DNA from: Candidatus Nanopelagicales bacterium
GTDB taxonomy: Bacteria > Actinomycetota > Actinomycetes > S36-B12
Assembly: GCA_009694585.1 (NCBI GenBank)
Contig: SHUQ01000004.1
Location: forward strand, 1 to 54,611
Reading direction: 5' to 3'
Length of the DNA stretch: 54,611 nt
Shown here: in pieces, positions 33,711 to 44,397 of the stretch
How the letters are laid out: each line of letters opens with the position of its first letter
Numbering within the stretch: position 1 is the first letter of the stretch
Program-made: the position numbers and the translations under genes
Notes under the pieces: model-generated
Seen by the model: the letters and a program-made list of their open reading frames with translations, nothing else
What the model was told of the DNA's origin: nothing
The model's database searches: none

Positions 33711-34640
33711 GTGCGTTGTGTTTTTGCGGGTACGCCCGCCGTTGCCGCGGTTGCACTTCAAGTGATTTTGGACTCGCCACATGAGGTGGTGGCGGTAATT
33801 ACGCGTCCGGATTCGCGCGCGGGGCGGGGTCAAAATCTGACATCGAGTGAGGTAGCAGCACTGGCTCATGAGGTCGGTATTCCGGTGCTAAGTCCGACTG
33901 ATCTTCGTGATGCAGATTTTGAAATGAGATTACGAGCACTCGAGCCGGACTGCTGTCCGGTAGTTGCCTATGGTGCCTTGGTGCCCGCCGAATTACTCGC
34001 AGTACCAAAACATGGCTGGGTTAATCTGCACTTTTCCCTGCTGCCGGCGTGGCGTGGAGCGGCACCCGTGCAATGGGCACTGCTCACCGGTGATGTCATG
34101 ACGGGCGCGACGACCTTTAGGCTTGAAACTGGGCTTGATACCGGGCCGGTATATGGCACCGTGACCGAAGAGATTTTGCCGAGTGATACCGCAGGTGCGG
34201 TACTGGGACGACTCGCGGGAGTAGGCGGGCAATTACTCGTATCGACCTTGGATGGCCTTGCTTCCCGATCAATCGAAGCCGTGCCCCAACGCAATTTCGA
34301 TATCAGTTACGCCCCGAAGCTAACCGCCGAGGACGCGCGAATTAGGTGGACTGACCCCTGGATCGGCGTGGATCGACACATTCGCGCGACCACGCCCAAC
34401 CCGGGGCCTTGGACCTTGGCCGGCGGCGAGCGGATCAAAATCGGGCCACTTAGTGTGAATCAAAATGTGTCTGACAGTGATCTGCCACCTGGGCAACTAG
34501 CCGTGGTCAACGGCGCGGTGTTGGTCGGCACCGCTACGAGTTCAGCCCAGTTGAATTTAGTGCAGCCGGCCGGCAAGAAATTGATGCATGCTGGTGATTG
34601 GGTTCGCGGGCTCCGGGCACAGTTGCCGAGATTTGAATGA
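33711..34640 (+). CDS. fmt: methionyl-tRNA formyltransferase
   Basis: FAGTP, VAYG, NLHFSLLP.WRGAAPVQ, LDTGP motifs. Confidence 0.96.
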   Translation: MRCVFAGTPAVAAVALQVILDSPHEVVAVITRPDSRAGRGQNLTSSEVAALAHEVGIPVLSPTDLRDADFEMRLRALEPDCCPVVAYGALVPAELLAVPKHGWVNLHFSLLPAWRGAAPVQWALLTGDVMTGATTFRLETGLDTGPVYGTVTEEILPSDTAGAVLGRLAGVGGQLLVSTLDGLASRSIEAVPQRNFDISYAPKLTAEDARIRWTDPWIGVDRHIRATTPNPGPWTLAGGERIKIGPLSVNQNVSDSDLPPGQLAVVNGAVLVGTATSSAQLNLVQPAGKKLMHAGDWVRGLRAQLPRFE

Positions 34641-35986
34641 GCCTTGACCCGGCTCGCAAGGCCGCATTTGAAGTTCTTAGGTCAGTTCGTGAGGATGATT
34701 CGTATGCGAATTTGACCATGCCGGGTGTGCTGGCGCGCATGTCACTTACCGGACGCGATGCTGGCTTTGCCACCGAACTTGCGTACGGAACTTTGCGCTG
34801 GCAAGGGTTCTACGATGCTATTTTGATAACCTGTGCGTCTCGGGCCTGGGCCGACGTCGACCCTGGCATGCAGGCGGTCCTTCGATTGGGAGCTCATCAG
34901 TTATTGTGTATGCGCGTGCCTTCGCATGCTGCCGTTGACTCCTCATGTGAACTTGCACGTGCACTTGGTTCCGCCGGCGGTGCATCTGCTCGAGCCGGTT
35001 TTGCAAATGCCATCCTCCGCAAAGTGGCAGCCCATGACCTTGACTACTGGGTCGAGCTGGTTGGGGCAATCGGCGGACTAGAAGGGCTCGCCACGCGCTG
35101 GTCGCACCCAGCTTGGATCGTGCGCGCATTTCAAGATGCCCTCGGTGAACGACGTAGTGAACTGCCGGCACTGCTAGCTGCTGACAATGAACCCGCACAC
35201 CCGGTTTTGGTTGCGCGTCCGGGCCGGATGGACCCGGAGGTACTCAGAGGACGTTCGGAGGTATCGCCGGGCCGGTACTCACCTTTAGCTGCAGTTTTGC
35301 ATAGTGGAGCACCAGATGCTCTTGACATTGTTAGGAGTGGCGCGGTCGGGGTGCAAGACGAAGGCAGTCAATTGGTGGCACTTGCGCTGACTCGCGCGGA
35401 GGTTTCACATCCTGAAACTGATTGGTTAGACATGTGTGCTGGGCCCGGTGGTAAAGCCGCGGTATTAGCGGGTATTGCTGCAGAACGTGGGGTCAATTTG
35501 ACGGCTGTTGAGTTGCACCCGCATCGCGCTCATCTCATTGAACGTTCACTCGGGGGAGTCCCGGTTGAAATAATCGTTGGTGACGCGACAGACGCTCCGT
35601 GGGGTGACCAACTTTTTGATCGGATTCTGATTGACGCACCGTGCACGGGCTTAGGTGCACTGCGGCGGCGCCCGGAGGCTAGGTGGCGTAAATCTCCGGC
35701 CGACCTGTCGACCCTTGGGCCGCTGCAACGAAACTTACTCAAGTCGGCGATAGCAGCGACTCGGCCGGGGGGAGTGATCATTTATGCAACCTGCTCCCCA
35801 CACCTCGCCGAGACCGAATTCGTGGTCGCCGATGTGGTAGCGGGGCTGAGCAACGTGGCCATTGAGGATGCGCGAGATCTTCTGCCTGAGGTAACTGATG
35901 TCGGAAGCAGCCCCTTCGTACAGCTTTGGCCGCACCGCCACGGCACCGACGCGATGTTCTTCGCATTACTGCGCAAAACCGGCTAG
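34637..35986 (+). CDS. rsmB: 16S rRNA m5C methyltransferase RsmB/Sun with N-terminal NusB-like domain
   Basis: QDEGSQ, DMCAGPGGK, DAPCTGLG, YATCS motifs; follows fmt. Confidence 0.92.
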   Translation: MSLDPARKAAFEVLRSVREDDSYANLTMPGVLARMSLTGRDAGFATELAYGTLRWQGFYDAILITCASRAWADVDPGMQAVLRLGAHQLLCMRVPSHAAVDSSCELARALGSAGGASARAGFANAILRKVAAHDLDYWVELVGAIGGLEGLATRWSHPAWIVRAFQDALGERRSELPALLAADNEPAHPVLVARPGRMDPEVLRGRSEVSPGRYSPLAAVLHSGAPDALDIVRSGAVGVQDEGSQLVALALTRAEVSHPETDWLDMCAGPGGKAAVLAGIAAERGVNLTAVELHPHRAHLIERSLGGVPVEIIVGDATDAPWGDQLFDRILIDAPCTGLGALRRRPEARWRKSPADLSTLGPLQRNLLKSAIAATRPGGVIIYATCSPHLAETEFVVADVVAGLSNVAIEDARDLLPEVTDVGSSPFVQLWPHRHGTDAMFFALLRKTG

Positions 35987-36025
35987 CGAAGTGCTGGCAT
36001 TTGTAGCGCCGATTAGTCTTTGCCC

Positions 36026-36694
36026 ATGGGAATCTTGATCTCACCTAGTGTGCTCAATAGTGATCTGTCATGTTTGGCTGAGGAGGTTGCCCGGGTCGCC
36101 GATTATTCCGACTGGATCCACCTCGATGTGATGGATAATCATTTTGTCCCGAACCTTACATTCGGGGTCTCAGTTGTTGAGTCTTTGCTGAAAAATATAG
36201 CTATCCCCGCCGACTGCCACCTCATGATTGCCGACCCAGATCGTTGGGCGCCCGCTTATGCCGAGGCCGGGGCGAGCAGCGTGACATTTCATATTGAAGC
36301 GGCAGCAAACCCTGTGCAATTGTGCCGAGACTTGCGGGCAGCAGGTGCCCGGGCCGGCGTTGGCTTGAAGCCCGGTACCGACATTTCCGCGGTAGCAGAA
36401 CTCATGCCGGAATTAGACATGATTTTGATTATGACTGTCGAACCAGGATTTGGTGGTCAATCGTTCATGACTGACATGTTGCCGAAAATCGAGCAAGCGC
36501 GCGCACTGGTAGTCGGGGCCGGCACCGATATTTGGGTGCAGGTTGATGGCGGCATAGATATTTCGACGATTGAGCGGTGCGCGAGTGCGGGTGCGAATGT
36601 TTTCGTAGCGGGTTCATCGGTGTACCGGGCCGAGGATCCTGGTGCCATGGTCGATTGCCTGCGCGCCCTAGCCCAAGACGCGACCCGATTGTGA
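36026..36694 (+). CDS. rpe: ribulose-phosphate 3-epimerase
   Basis: [33 protein letters not shown] motifs. Confidence 0.97.
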   Translation: MGILISPSVLNSDLSCLAEEVARVADYSDWIHLDVMDNHFVPNLTFGVSVVESLLKNIAIPADCHLMIADPDRWAPAYAEAGASSVTFHIEAAANPVQLCRDLRAAGARAGVGLKPGTDISAVAELMPELDMILIMTVEPGFGGQSFMTDMLPKIEQARALVVGAGTDIWVQVDGGIDISTIERCASAGANVFVAGSSVYRAEDPGAMVDCLRALAQDATRL

Positions 36695-37704
36695 GCGTTT
36701 GGGAGAATGCCATGCGCGAAGCCATCGCGCTGGCGGTATCTGCTGGCCCAACTTGCAGCCCAAATCCGCGAGTGGGCTGTGTTCTGGTTAGTCCCGATGG
36801 CGAAATCATTGGCCGTGGCTACCACCAAGGTGCTGGCTTGCCACACGCCGAAGTGAATGCCATTGCAGCTGCTGGCGATTTAGCCCGCGGTGCCACAGCG
36901 GTCGTAACCCTTGAGCCGTGCAAACATAAGGGGCGCACCGGGCCGTGCACGCAGGCGCTGATCGATGCCGGGATTAGGCAGGTGGTTTTTGCGCAGGCCG
37001 ATCCATCGGCTGTCGCTGGTGGCGGGTCGCAGCTATTGACTAGTGCTGGTGTAAGTGTGGTCGGCGGGGTACTTGCCGATGAAGCGACACTGATCAATCG
37101 GGCTTGGACTCATGTGCAGGTGACCGGACGCCCCTTTGTAACAATCAAGACGGCAATGAGCCTTGATGGCCGGGTAGCAGACGCAGGCGGTGGGCCAACC
37201 GCTATCACCGGTGCGAAGACACGAACTTGGGTGAGTCAGTTTAGGTCTGGTGTAGATGCGGTGCTCGTTGGCACGAACACGGTGGTGGTAGACAACCCAG
37301 CGCTTACAGCACGTGATGGGATAGGGGCGCTGCTGTCCAATCAGCCGCTGCGAGTGGTGGTTGGCGAGCGGGACTTGCCTACGAATCTTCGTGTGTTCGC
37401 CGACGCTGGTTCAGGTAGGGCAATTCAAATTCGTGAGCATGATCCGGCCCGAATCCTTGGGGAACTGCATGACCGTCAGATTCAGCAGGTATTGATTGAA
37501 GGTGGCCCCACGATCATTTCTGCTTTCCTCCAAGCCGGTTTGGTCGACGAAATCCTCTGGTTTGTGGCACCGCAATTTCTTGGAGCTGGGCCGGTAGCCG
37601 TTCAGCCGCTACCTGGCCCGCGAGCGGTCATTGTTACCGCGGTCGAGGTCATCGGCAATGATGTACTCATTCGCGGGGTACTGAGCCCGGCACCGACCAC
37701 CTAA
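36691..37704 (+). CDS. ribD: riboflavin biosynthesis deaminase/reductase
   Basis: PNPRVG, HAE, TLEPCKH.GRTGPC, SLDG, IEGG motifs; GTGA overlap with rpe. Confidence 0.95.
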   Translation: MSVWENAMREAIALAVSAGPTCSPNPRVGCVLVSPDGEIIGRGYHQGAGLPHAEVNAIAAAGDLARGATAVVTLEPCKHKGRTGPCTQALIDAGIRQVVFAQADPSAVAGGGSQLLTSAGVSVVGGVLADEATLINRAWTHVQVTGRPFVTIKTAMSLDGRVADAGGGPTAITGAKTRTWVSQFRSGVDAVLVGTNTVVVDNPALTARDGIGALLSNQPLRVVVGERDLPTNLRVFADAGSGRAIQIREHDPARILGELHDRQIQQVLIEGGPTIISAFLQAGLVDEILWFVAPQFLGAGPVAVQPLPGPRAVIVTAVEVIGNDVLIRGVLSPAPTT

Positions 37705-37713
37705 GATGAGTCA

Positions 37714-38310
37714 ATGTTCACGGGTATTGTCGAAGAACTTGGGCGCATTGCGCATATCGAGTCTTTTCCTGATGCCGCCAAGTTGAAAATCCAAGGCGCG
37801 GTGGTGGTAAGTGATGTCAAGGCCGGTGACTCTATTGCGGTCAATGGGGTTTGCCTGACAGTTGTCGACCTCGGGACGGACTATTTCACGGCCGACGTTA
37901 TGGCTGAGACCCTGAACCGCAGTTCCCTAGGCAAAGTGGCCATCGGATCCAAGGTCAACCTTGAACGAGCGGCTCGATTGGACTCTCGCATTGGCGGTCA
38001 TTTGGTGCAAGGCCACGTAGATGGAGTCGGTTCAGTGATCGCCATCGATCCGGCACAACATTGGACCCTAATTCGTTTCACATTGCCTACACCATTGGCC
38101 AACTATCTAGTTGAGAAAGGCTCAATTACTGTTGATGGGGTGTCGCTGACTGTTGTTGAGGTTGGCCCAGATTACTTCTCGGTGTCCCTCATCCCAACTA
38201 CTTTGGAGCACACTACGCTGGGTGCGCTGTCGGTAGGAGACATTGTGAATCTAGAAGTTGACGTCATTGCTAAGTATGTGGAGCGCCTCATGAAGGGTGA
38301 AACTAAGTGA
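37714..38310 (+). CDS. ribE: riboflavin synthase
   Basis: [30 protein letters not shown] motifs. Confidence 0.96.
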   Translation: MFTGIVEELGRIAHIESFPDAAKLKIQGAVVVSDVKAGDSIAVNGVCLTVVDLGTDYFTADVMAETLNRSSLGKVAIGSKVNLERAARLDSRIGGHLVQGHVDGVGSVIAIDPAQHWTLIRFTLPTPLANYLVEKGSITVDGVSLTVVEVGPDYFSVSLIPTTLEHTTLGALSVGDIVNLEVDVIAKYVERLMKGETK

Positions 38311-39620
38311 TCCCGGCAGATGAGGTGTTTGCCAATGACGCCATCGAGGTAGCCCAGCCGTTAGCTGCTGAGACATTTGTTGATACCAGCCCCTCGGCCG
38401 GCCTTGATTCAATTGACTCGGCCATTGCAGCTATCAAAGCTGGTCGGCCCATAGTTGTCGTGGATGACGAAGATCGCGAGAACGAAGGCGACTTGATATT
38501 CGCAGCTTCCGCAGCGACCCCAGAAAATGTCGCCTTCATGATCAGGCACACTTCCGGGTACATCTGTGTTGGTATGAGTGGTGAAGTACTCGATCGCTTG
38601 GGGCTGCCGCCCATGACGGCGGTAAATGAAGATCGCAAGGGCACCGCTTATGCAGTTTCTGTAGATGCTCGCGACGTTGTAAGCACTGGTATTTCTGCCA
38701 TAGATAGATCACGGACAATTCGGGTTTTGGCAGATTCTGCTACCGATGCCTCCGACCTAACGCGACCCGGCCACGTCATGCCACTTCGAGCCGTCGAGGG
38801 CGGAGTATTGCGCCGCGCAGGTCACACCGAGGCCGCGGTCGATCTTGCTAAATTGGCGGGCCTTGCCCCAGCAGGAGCCCTGTGTGAGTTAGTAAATGAC
38901 GACGGCACGATGATGCGCGCACCGGATTGCCGAAGATTCGCCGATGAGCATGGGCTCGTGATGGTCTCCATCGCTGACCTGATCAAGTTCAAGCGCAGAA
39001 CCGAAAAACAAATCAGGCGTGTAGCGACAACAAAGTTGCCAACGGAGTTTGGTGATTTCATCGCGGTTGGTTATAGCAGCGATGTTGATGGGTCGGAGCA
39101 TGTCGCACTAATCGTGGGTGACATTTCTGACGGCGAGAATGTCCTAGTGCGCGTGCACTCTGAGTGCTTGACGGGTGACGTATTTGGATCCTTGCGCTGC
39201 GATTGCGGACCACAATTACACGGTGCCATGCGCAAGATCTACGAAGAGGGTCGTGGTGTGGTGCTGTATGTGAAGGGCCACGAAGGTCGGGGGATCGGAC
39301 TGCTACATAAATTGCGGGCATACGGCTTACAAGACTCCGGTCGAGACACCGTTGATGCGAACTTGGATCTGGGGTTACCAATTGATGCACGGGACTACGG
39401 CACCGGTGCGCAAATCCTTGCGGATTTGGGGGTCAAGTCGATGCGGCTTTTGACCAATAACCCAGCGAAACGTGCAGGACTCGAGGGTTATGGCCTATCT
39501 ATAATTGAACGCGTGCCGATGGAAATTGATGCCAATGACCACAATTTGACTTATTTGCATACGAAAGCCGAGCGGATGGGTCATACGTTGAAATTCGAGG
39601 CACAGGAGAACACTCCATGA
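38307..39620 (+). CDS. ribBA: bifunctional DHBP synthase / GTP cyclohydrolase II
   Basis: [37 protein letters not shown] motifs. Confidence 0.96.
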   Translation: MIPADEVFANDAIEVAQPLAAETFVDTSPSAGLDSIDSAIAAIKAGRPIVVVDDEDRENEGDLIFAASAATPENVAFMIRHTSGYICVGMSGEVLDRLGLPPMTAVNEDRKGTAYAVSVDARDVVSTGISAIDRSRTIRVLADSATDASDLTRPGHVMPLRAVEGGVLRRAGHTEAAVDLAKLAGLAPAGALCELVNDDGTMMRAPDCRRFADEHGLVMVSIADLIKFKRRTEKQIRRVATTKLPTEFGDFIAVGYSSDVDGSEHVALIVGDISDGENVLVRVHSECLTGDVFGSLRCDCGPQLHGAMRKIYEEGRGVVLYVKGHEGRGIGLLHKLRAYGLQDSGRDTVDANLDLGLPIDARDYGTGAQILADLGVKSMRLLTNNPAKRAGLEGYGLSIIERVPMEIDANDHNLTYLHTKAERMGHTLKFEAQENTP

Positions 39621-40090
39621 GCGGTGCCGGAGCCTCAATCCTCCAGCCAAATGGTTCTGGCATTCGGGTCGCGATAGTCGCTGCGTCATGGCACGAGCAA
39701 GTTATGGCCGGCCTAATCGCTGGGGCTACCGGTGCCTGCACCGCGGCCGGGGCAGCTGCGTCACTCATTCGCGTTGCTGGGTCATTCGAATTGCCGGTGG
39801 TAGCTAAAGCCTGCGCTCTCTCGGAGCGATTCGATGCGGTTGTTGCGTTAGGTGTGGTGATCCGCGGAGGCACCCCACACTTTGACTTTGTCTGTGATGC
39901 GGCAACATCTGGGCTGAAGCAAGTTGCACTTGATCACCTAATTCCGGTCGGTTTTGGTCTGCTCACCTGCGATAACGAGGCTCAGGCAATTGATCGCGCC
40001 GGGTTGCCCGGTTCAAAAGAAGACAAAGGCGCTGAAGCCACCTGGGCGGCTATCAATACGGCTATTACCCTGCGCGATCTGTCCGATTAG
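39617..40090 (+). CDS. ribH: 6,7-dimethyl-8-ribityllumazine synthase
   Basis: [26 protein letters not shown] motifs. Confidence 0.96.
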   Translation: MSGAGASILQPNGSGIRVAIVAASWHEQVMAGLIAGATGACTAAGAAASLIRVAGSFELPVVAKACALSERFDAVVALGVVIRGGTPHFDFVCDAATSGLKQVALDHLIPVGFGLLTCDNEAQAIDRAGLPGSKEDKGAEATWAAINTAITLRDLSD

Positions 40091-40111
40091 CCGGCGCCGT
40101 AGGCTGGGCCC

Positions 40112-40375
40112 GTGAAAACCTTCGATGATCTCTACGCTGAGCTAGCGCGCAAAATTGCCCACCAAGATGTGGACTCCGGCACTGTTAAGTTGCTGGATCA
40201 AGGGGTGCATGCAATCGGCAAGAAAGTGGTCGAAGAAGCTGCTGAGGCTTGGATGGCGGCCGAATATGAGGGCCATGAGCGCACGGCAGAAGAAATTGCA
40301 CAGTTGCTATACCACGTGCAGGTCTTAATGCTGGCGAGCAAAGTGAGCCTTGACGATGTCTATCGGCGGCTGTGA
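40112..40375 (+). CDS. hisE: phosphoribosyl-ATP pyrophosphatase
   Basis: [10 protein letters not shown]...EEIAQLLYH; adjacent to hisG. Confidence 0.95.
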   Translation: MKTFDDLYAELARKIAHQDVDSGTVKLLDQGVHAIGKKVVEEAAEAWMAAEYEGHERTAEEIAQLLYHVQVLMLASKVSLDDVYRRL

Positions 40376-41226
40376 TGACAATACTTAAAATCGCGGTTCC
40401 GAACAAGGGGCAACTTGCCGAGCCAGCTCGCGAGATGCTCACCGAAGCCGGCTACTTGCGCAACGGCGGGCTGCGTGATCTATTTATCAGTGACCCGGAT
40501 AACGATGTTGAGTTCTATTTCTTGCGCCCGAGAGATATTGCAATATATGTCGGCGAGGGCACCTTGGATCTGGGTATAACCGGTCGTGACATGTTGCTAG
40601 ATTCGGGATCGGTTGCGATGGAATTACTGCCGTTGGGATTTGCGCCTTCGAGTTTTCGATTTGCGGCTCCGATTGGTACTGCCAAGACTCCTGCCGACTT
40701 AGCGGGGCTGCGCATCGCAACCTCTTACTCGGGATTGCTAAATGCGTGGCTCACTGAACAAGGTATTTCTGCGCGTGTGGTTCGCCTTGATGGCGCGGTG
40801 GAGAATGCTGTGGCACTTGGCGTTGCTGACGCTGTCGCCGATGTTGTTGCCACCGGTACCACCATCAAGCGAGCCGGCCTTGAGTTGGTGGGTGAGCCGT
40901 TGCTCATCTCCGAAGCCTTGCTGATTCAGCGACGCGATGCGCAGGTGAACCCGGCGGTCGAAACATTTGTTCGACGCCTAAACGGAGTGATGGTTGCTCG
41001 TTCATATGTACTCGTTGATTACGACATTCGTTTGGAGTCACTCGAGCAAGCATGTGCCGTCACACCGGGCATTGAGTCTCCAACCGTTTCCGCACTTCAC
41101 GATGCAAACTGGCGTGCAGTTCGTGCGATGGTGCCAAGCGCTGATGTGCACCGGGTAATGGATGAGCTCTATGACTTGGGCGCGCGCGGGATTTTGGTAA
41201 CCGATATTCACGCTTGCCGCCTTTAG
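40372..41226 (+). CDS. hisG: ATP phosphoribosyltransferase (long form)
   Basis: IAVPNKG, RPRDI, GITGRD, GAVE, DVVATG.T motifs; C-terminal regulatory domain ending ACRL. Confidence 0.96.
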   Translation: MMTILKIAVPNKGQLAEPAREMLTEAGYLRNGGLRDLFISDPDNDVEFYFLRPRDIAIYVGEGTLDLGITGRDMLLDSGSVAMELLPLGFAPSSFRFAAPIGTAKTPADLAGLRIATSYSGLLNAWLTEQGISARVVRLDGAVENAVALGVADAVADVVATGTTIKRAGLELVGEPLLISEALLIQRRDAQVNPAVETFVRRLNGVMVARSYVLVDYDIRLESLEQACAVTPGIESPTVSALHDANWRAVRAMVPSADVHRVMDELYDLGARGILVTDIHACRL

Positions 41227-41651
41227 TCAAAAAGAGCCAACTCGGCAAGAGCGCGGCCGGTCACCGCGTAGCGGCGCGGACCAGCAACGTCAATAACCAG
41301 TGCGTCCGCGCCGTCTTCAAGAGCTGACTGCGCGGCTTGGGTGCCTAGTACAGGCACCGGACGTGCGGATTGATCCCACATTGCGAGTGAATCTATCCCG
41401 GTGAAGGCGAGCAACCCTTTTTGGCCGGCCGCATTTATCATTGATACGGCCGCCATATGGCTGCTCTTATCGGATCCGCCCGTACCAATATCGTCAGCAA
41501 CTGCAACGACCGCGACTAAGAGTCGTGCAGCCTTTAAGTGTTCGATAAGTGATTTGGTGGGGGAGGCCAACTCAGCGCGCAGCGCAAGATTCGGCGCACC
41601 GTCATCATCTGGAAATGCCGGTAGCGCGAACTTCTTGCCCCCCGATGTCAT
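41223..41651 (-). CDS. SseB-family protein
   Basis: DDDG, RLLVAVVA, DKSSHMA, AFTG..SL..W...ARPVP, LVIDVAGP pattern of the actinobacterial SseB-like proteins found near infC; leaderless TACCCT promoter. Confidence 0.82.
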   Translation of the reverse strand: MTSGGKKFALPAFPDDDGAPNLALRAELASPTKSLIEHLKAARLLVAVVAVADDIGTGGSDKSSHMAAVSMINAAGQKGLLAFTGIDSLAMWDQSARPVPVLGTQAAQSALEDGADALVIDVAGPRRYAVTGRALAELALFD

Positions 41652-41682
41652 GGCGTGAGGGTACGGGGGGAATATTCATCTA

Positions 41683-42879
41683 GTGAGTTCACCCCATGAA
41701 CCGGTGGCCCGGGTGATTCCAGCCTGGGCGTCAATGCTCGGTCTGGTGCTGGTGGCGGCAAATCTACGAGCCGCGGTGTCCAGCGTACCCGAGGTTATTG
41801 TCGACATCCGGGCGGAGTTGGGCTGGAATGACGTAGCGCTGGGGGCGCTTACCACCATCCCGGTGTTGTGCATGGGGGTATTCGCGCTGGCAGTACCGGC
41901 AATTTCGAACCTCTTCGGCCGCGGACGCACGGTGGCGATTGCTCTGAGTATTTTGGTTTTTTCCATGCTCATGCGGTTATGGGGCCCGGTACCGGGGGTC
42001 TTGTATCTCTCGGCCTTCCTGGCGGGTTTGGGTATCGCGCTGGCCGCGGGGCTGGTTCCGGGCATCGTCCGCGAACAAGTACCCGGTGCGGTTGGTCGGG
42101 CGACTGGCATTTGGAGTGCAGTTCTCATGTTGGGGGCCGGGGTCGGCGGTGCGCTCACGGTGCCAATTGCCATCTGGACCGGTTCTTGGACGTTGGCCTT
42201 AGCTTTTTGGGCAATCCCAGCCACAATCGCACTGGTTAGTTGGATCATCATCGAAAGGCCTAGCGGCGGTCATGAACGGGCACCAAGTGCCACGGTGCGG
42301 CTACGCGCATTGCCGTGGCGAGACCTAACTGCCTGGGCTTTGACCATGTTTTTAGCCCTGAATTCGGTAATTTTCTACAGTACCTTGGCCTGGCTGGCGG
42401 CCTCATACGATGATCGAGGCTGGGATCAGACGGCCGGTGGAGGGTTGTTCGGCCTTCTCACCGTGGCAATGATCACCGCCGCCTTGATCTTGCCACCTCT
42501 AGCGGACCGCTTTAGATTTCGCCGCACCCTTTATGTCCTTGTGGCGCTGATCAGCACGGTGGCGTTATTGCTAATTGGGTTTGTCCCAGATTTTCTGCCT
42601 GCATTGGTGCTAATCGTGGGCGGAATCGGCCTCGGGGGCACTTTTGCCCTCGGCTTAGTGCTGCTCAGTGAATACTCTGAAGATGCAGCCGGGGCGGCCC
42701 GGCTCACCGCGATGGCCTTTTTCGTCAGTTACTGCCTCGCAGCCCTTGGGCCGCTACTAACCGGGGTGATTTTGCAGGTTTGGGATTCTTGGCCACTGGT
42801 CTTTGGGTTTTTGGCCACGGTGAGCCTCGGACAGGTGCTGACGATCCTTCCCCTGAAGCGCGGTTTAGTTATTCGCTAG
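41683..42879 (+). CDS. MFS transporter, CynX/NimT-like
   Basis: About 12 hydrophobic segments; AANLR.AVSSV, LTTIPVLC, SY.LAALGP motifs. Confidence 0.85.
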   Translation: MSSPHEPVARVIPAWASMLGLVLVAANLRAAVSSVPEVIVDIRAELGWNDVALGALTTIPVLCMGVFALAVPAISNLFGRGRTVAIALSILVFSMLMRLWGPVPGVLYLSAFLAGLGIALAAGLVPGIVREQVPGAVGRATGIWSAVLMLGAGVGGALTVPIAIWTGSWTLALAFWAIPATIALVSWIIIERPSGGHERAPSATVRLRALPWRDLTAWALTMFLALNSVIFYSTLAWLAASYDDRGWDQTAGGGLFGLLTVAMITAALILPPLADRFRFRRTLYVLVALISTVALLLIGFVPDFLPALVLIVGGIGLGGTFALGLVLLSEYSEDAAGAARLTAMAFFVSYCLAALGPLLTGVILQVWDSWPLVFGFLATVSLGQVLTILPLKRGLVIR

Positions 42880-42884
42880 GGGGC

Positions 42885-43103
42885 TGGTAGGGTTTTCCCG
42901 GTTGGTCTGGCCTTGGCTAGATCATGCAAGCGGAGCCTCGGCTCCCACCCGGTCACCGCCCATTTTTAAAGGTGCCCCGGGTCATGTGCTCAGCGCAGCG
43001 CTGTAGTTTGGCGCCCGCTGGGTCGTGCCGAGACCTCCGTGCGCCGCGCCGGAGGTCATTGTGGTTTCCGGGGTAGATCATTCCGCCACAGTAAGGAGGC
43101 ACC
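42885..43103 (+). promoter_or_regulatory. infC-rpmI-rplT promoter and long structured leader (candidate ribosomal-protein leader)
   Basis: TGgTAGGGT at 42885-42893; hairpins GGAGC/GCTCC, ACCCGG/CCGGGT, GACCTCCG/CGGAGGTC; SD AAGGAGG at 43093-43099. Confidence 0.5.
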
Positions 43104-43736
43104 ATCAGCGTCGAGCCCCGGATCAATGACCGAATCCGCGTGCCTGAAGTTCGACTTGTCGGACCAAATGGTGAGCAGGTAGGCATCGTTCGCATCGAAG
43201 ATGCGCTGCGATTGGCAGCTGAAGCAGATCTCGACCTAGTCGAGGTGGCGCCAATGTCAAAGCCGCCGGTTTGCAAACTCATGGACTTCGGAAAATTCAA
43301 ATACGAAGCAGCCTTGAAGGAGCGCGAGTCTAGGCGCAACCAAATTCACACCGTCATCAAAGAAATGAAGCTCAGGCCGAAGATTGACCCGCACGATTAC
43401 GAGACTAAAAAGGGTCACGTCGAGCGGTTCCTTAAGGCGGGCGACAAAGTAAAGATCACGATCATGTTCCGCGGTCGTGAGCAAAGTCGCCCTGAAGTTG
43501 GCCTTCGGTTGCTAGCCAAACTTGCAGATGATGTTGAGGATTTAGGTTTTGTTGAGGCGACACCAAAGCAAGATGGACGCAACATGATCATGGTGCTTGC
43601 GCCTGCACGCCGAAAGCCAGATTCTGTGCGACGTGAACCACGTGCAGAATTTGCACTTGAAGGTGTAGCCCAAGCCGAAGCAGTAACTCAAGTGGTGGCT
43701 GAGATTGAAGTAGAACTGGATGTAGCCGAGGCCTAG
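43104..43736 (+). CDS. infC: translation initiation factor IF-3 (ATC start)
   Basis: In-frame ATC at 43104, 4 nt after AAGGAGG, adds the conserved EPRINDRIR; [13 protein letters not shown] motifs. Confidence 0.96.
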   Translation: MSVEPRINDRIRVPEVRLVGPNGEQVGIVRIEDALRLAAEADLDLVEVAPMSKPPVCKLMDFGKFKYEAALKERESRRNQIHTVIKEMKLRPKIDPHDYETKKGHVERFLKAGDKVKITIMFRGREQSRPEVGLRLLAKLADDVEDLGFVEATPKQDGRNMIMVLAPARRKPDSVRREPRAEFALEGVAQAEAVTQVVAEIEVELDVAEA

Positions 43737-43791
43737 TTGCACCGGTGCTAGCAGTAAGACCAATGTACTTCCCGAGACAAGCGAGGATCAT

Positions 43792-43986
43792 ATGCCGAAG
43801 CAAAAGACACACAGCGGTGCGAAGAAACGATTCAAGATCACTGGCTCAGGAAAGATAACCCACGAGCAGGCGAATCGTCGTCACCTGATGGAAAGTAAGT
43901 CGGCCAAGCGCACTCGTCGCCTTGAGTCCGACCAGGTGGTCGCTCCAGCAGACCGCAAGAGGGTCAAGAAGCTTCTAGGCCGCTAA
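43792..43986 (+). CDS. rpmI: 50S ribosomal protein L35
   Basis: [21 protein letters not shown]. Confidence 0.97.
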   Translation: MPKQKTHSGAKKRFKITGSGKITHEQANRRHLMESKSAKRTRRLESDQVVAPADRKRVKKLLGR

Positions 43987-44028
43987 CCGCTTTCGTCCAA
44001 CTATCCACCTCGTTTTCAGGAGACTGAC

Positions 44029-44391
44029 ATGGCACGTGTTAAACGCGCAGTAAATGCGCACAAGAAGCGTCGCGAGATCCTCGAGCGCGCCAGTGGTTAC
44101 CGTGGGCAGCGCTCACGCTTGTACCGCAAGGCCAAGGAGCAGGTAACTCACTCTCTCGTCTATGCGTACGCGGATCGACGCACGCGCAAAGGTGACTTCC
44201 GCCGCCTTTGGATCCAGCGCATCAACGCCGGCGCCCGCGCCAATGGCATGACCTACAACCGCATGATCCAAGGCCTAAAGGCTGCCGGGGTTGAAGTTGA
44301 CCGCCGCATGCTCGCAGAGCTTGCGGTCAACGATGCACCGGCATTTGCCACGCTCGTCGAGGTTGCTCGCGCTGCAGTGCCTACGTCCTAA
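44029..44391 (+). CDS. rplT: 50S ribosomal protein L20
   Basis: [34 protein letters not shown] motifs. Confidence 0.98.
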   Translation: MARVKRAVNAHKKRREILERASGYRGQRSRLYRKAKEQVTHSLVYAYADRRTRKGDFRRLWIQRINAGARANGMTYNRMIQGLKAAGVEVDRRMLAELAVNDAPAFATLVEVARAAVPTS

Positions 44392-44397
44392 AAATTC

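Noticed and set aside
36577-36690. Cys-rich N-terminal extension of ribD
   Set aside because: Alternate-frame read inside rpe; the GTGA overlap supports 36691.
42953-43339. Minus-strand 128-aa ORF across the infC leader
   Set aside because: Mostly antisense to infC; the remainder is better explained as a structured leader.
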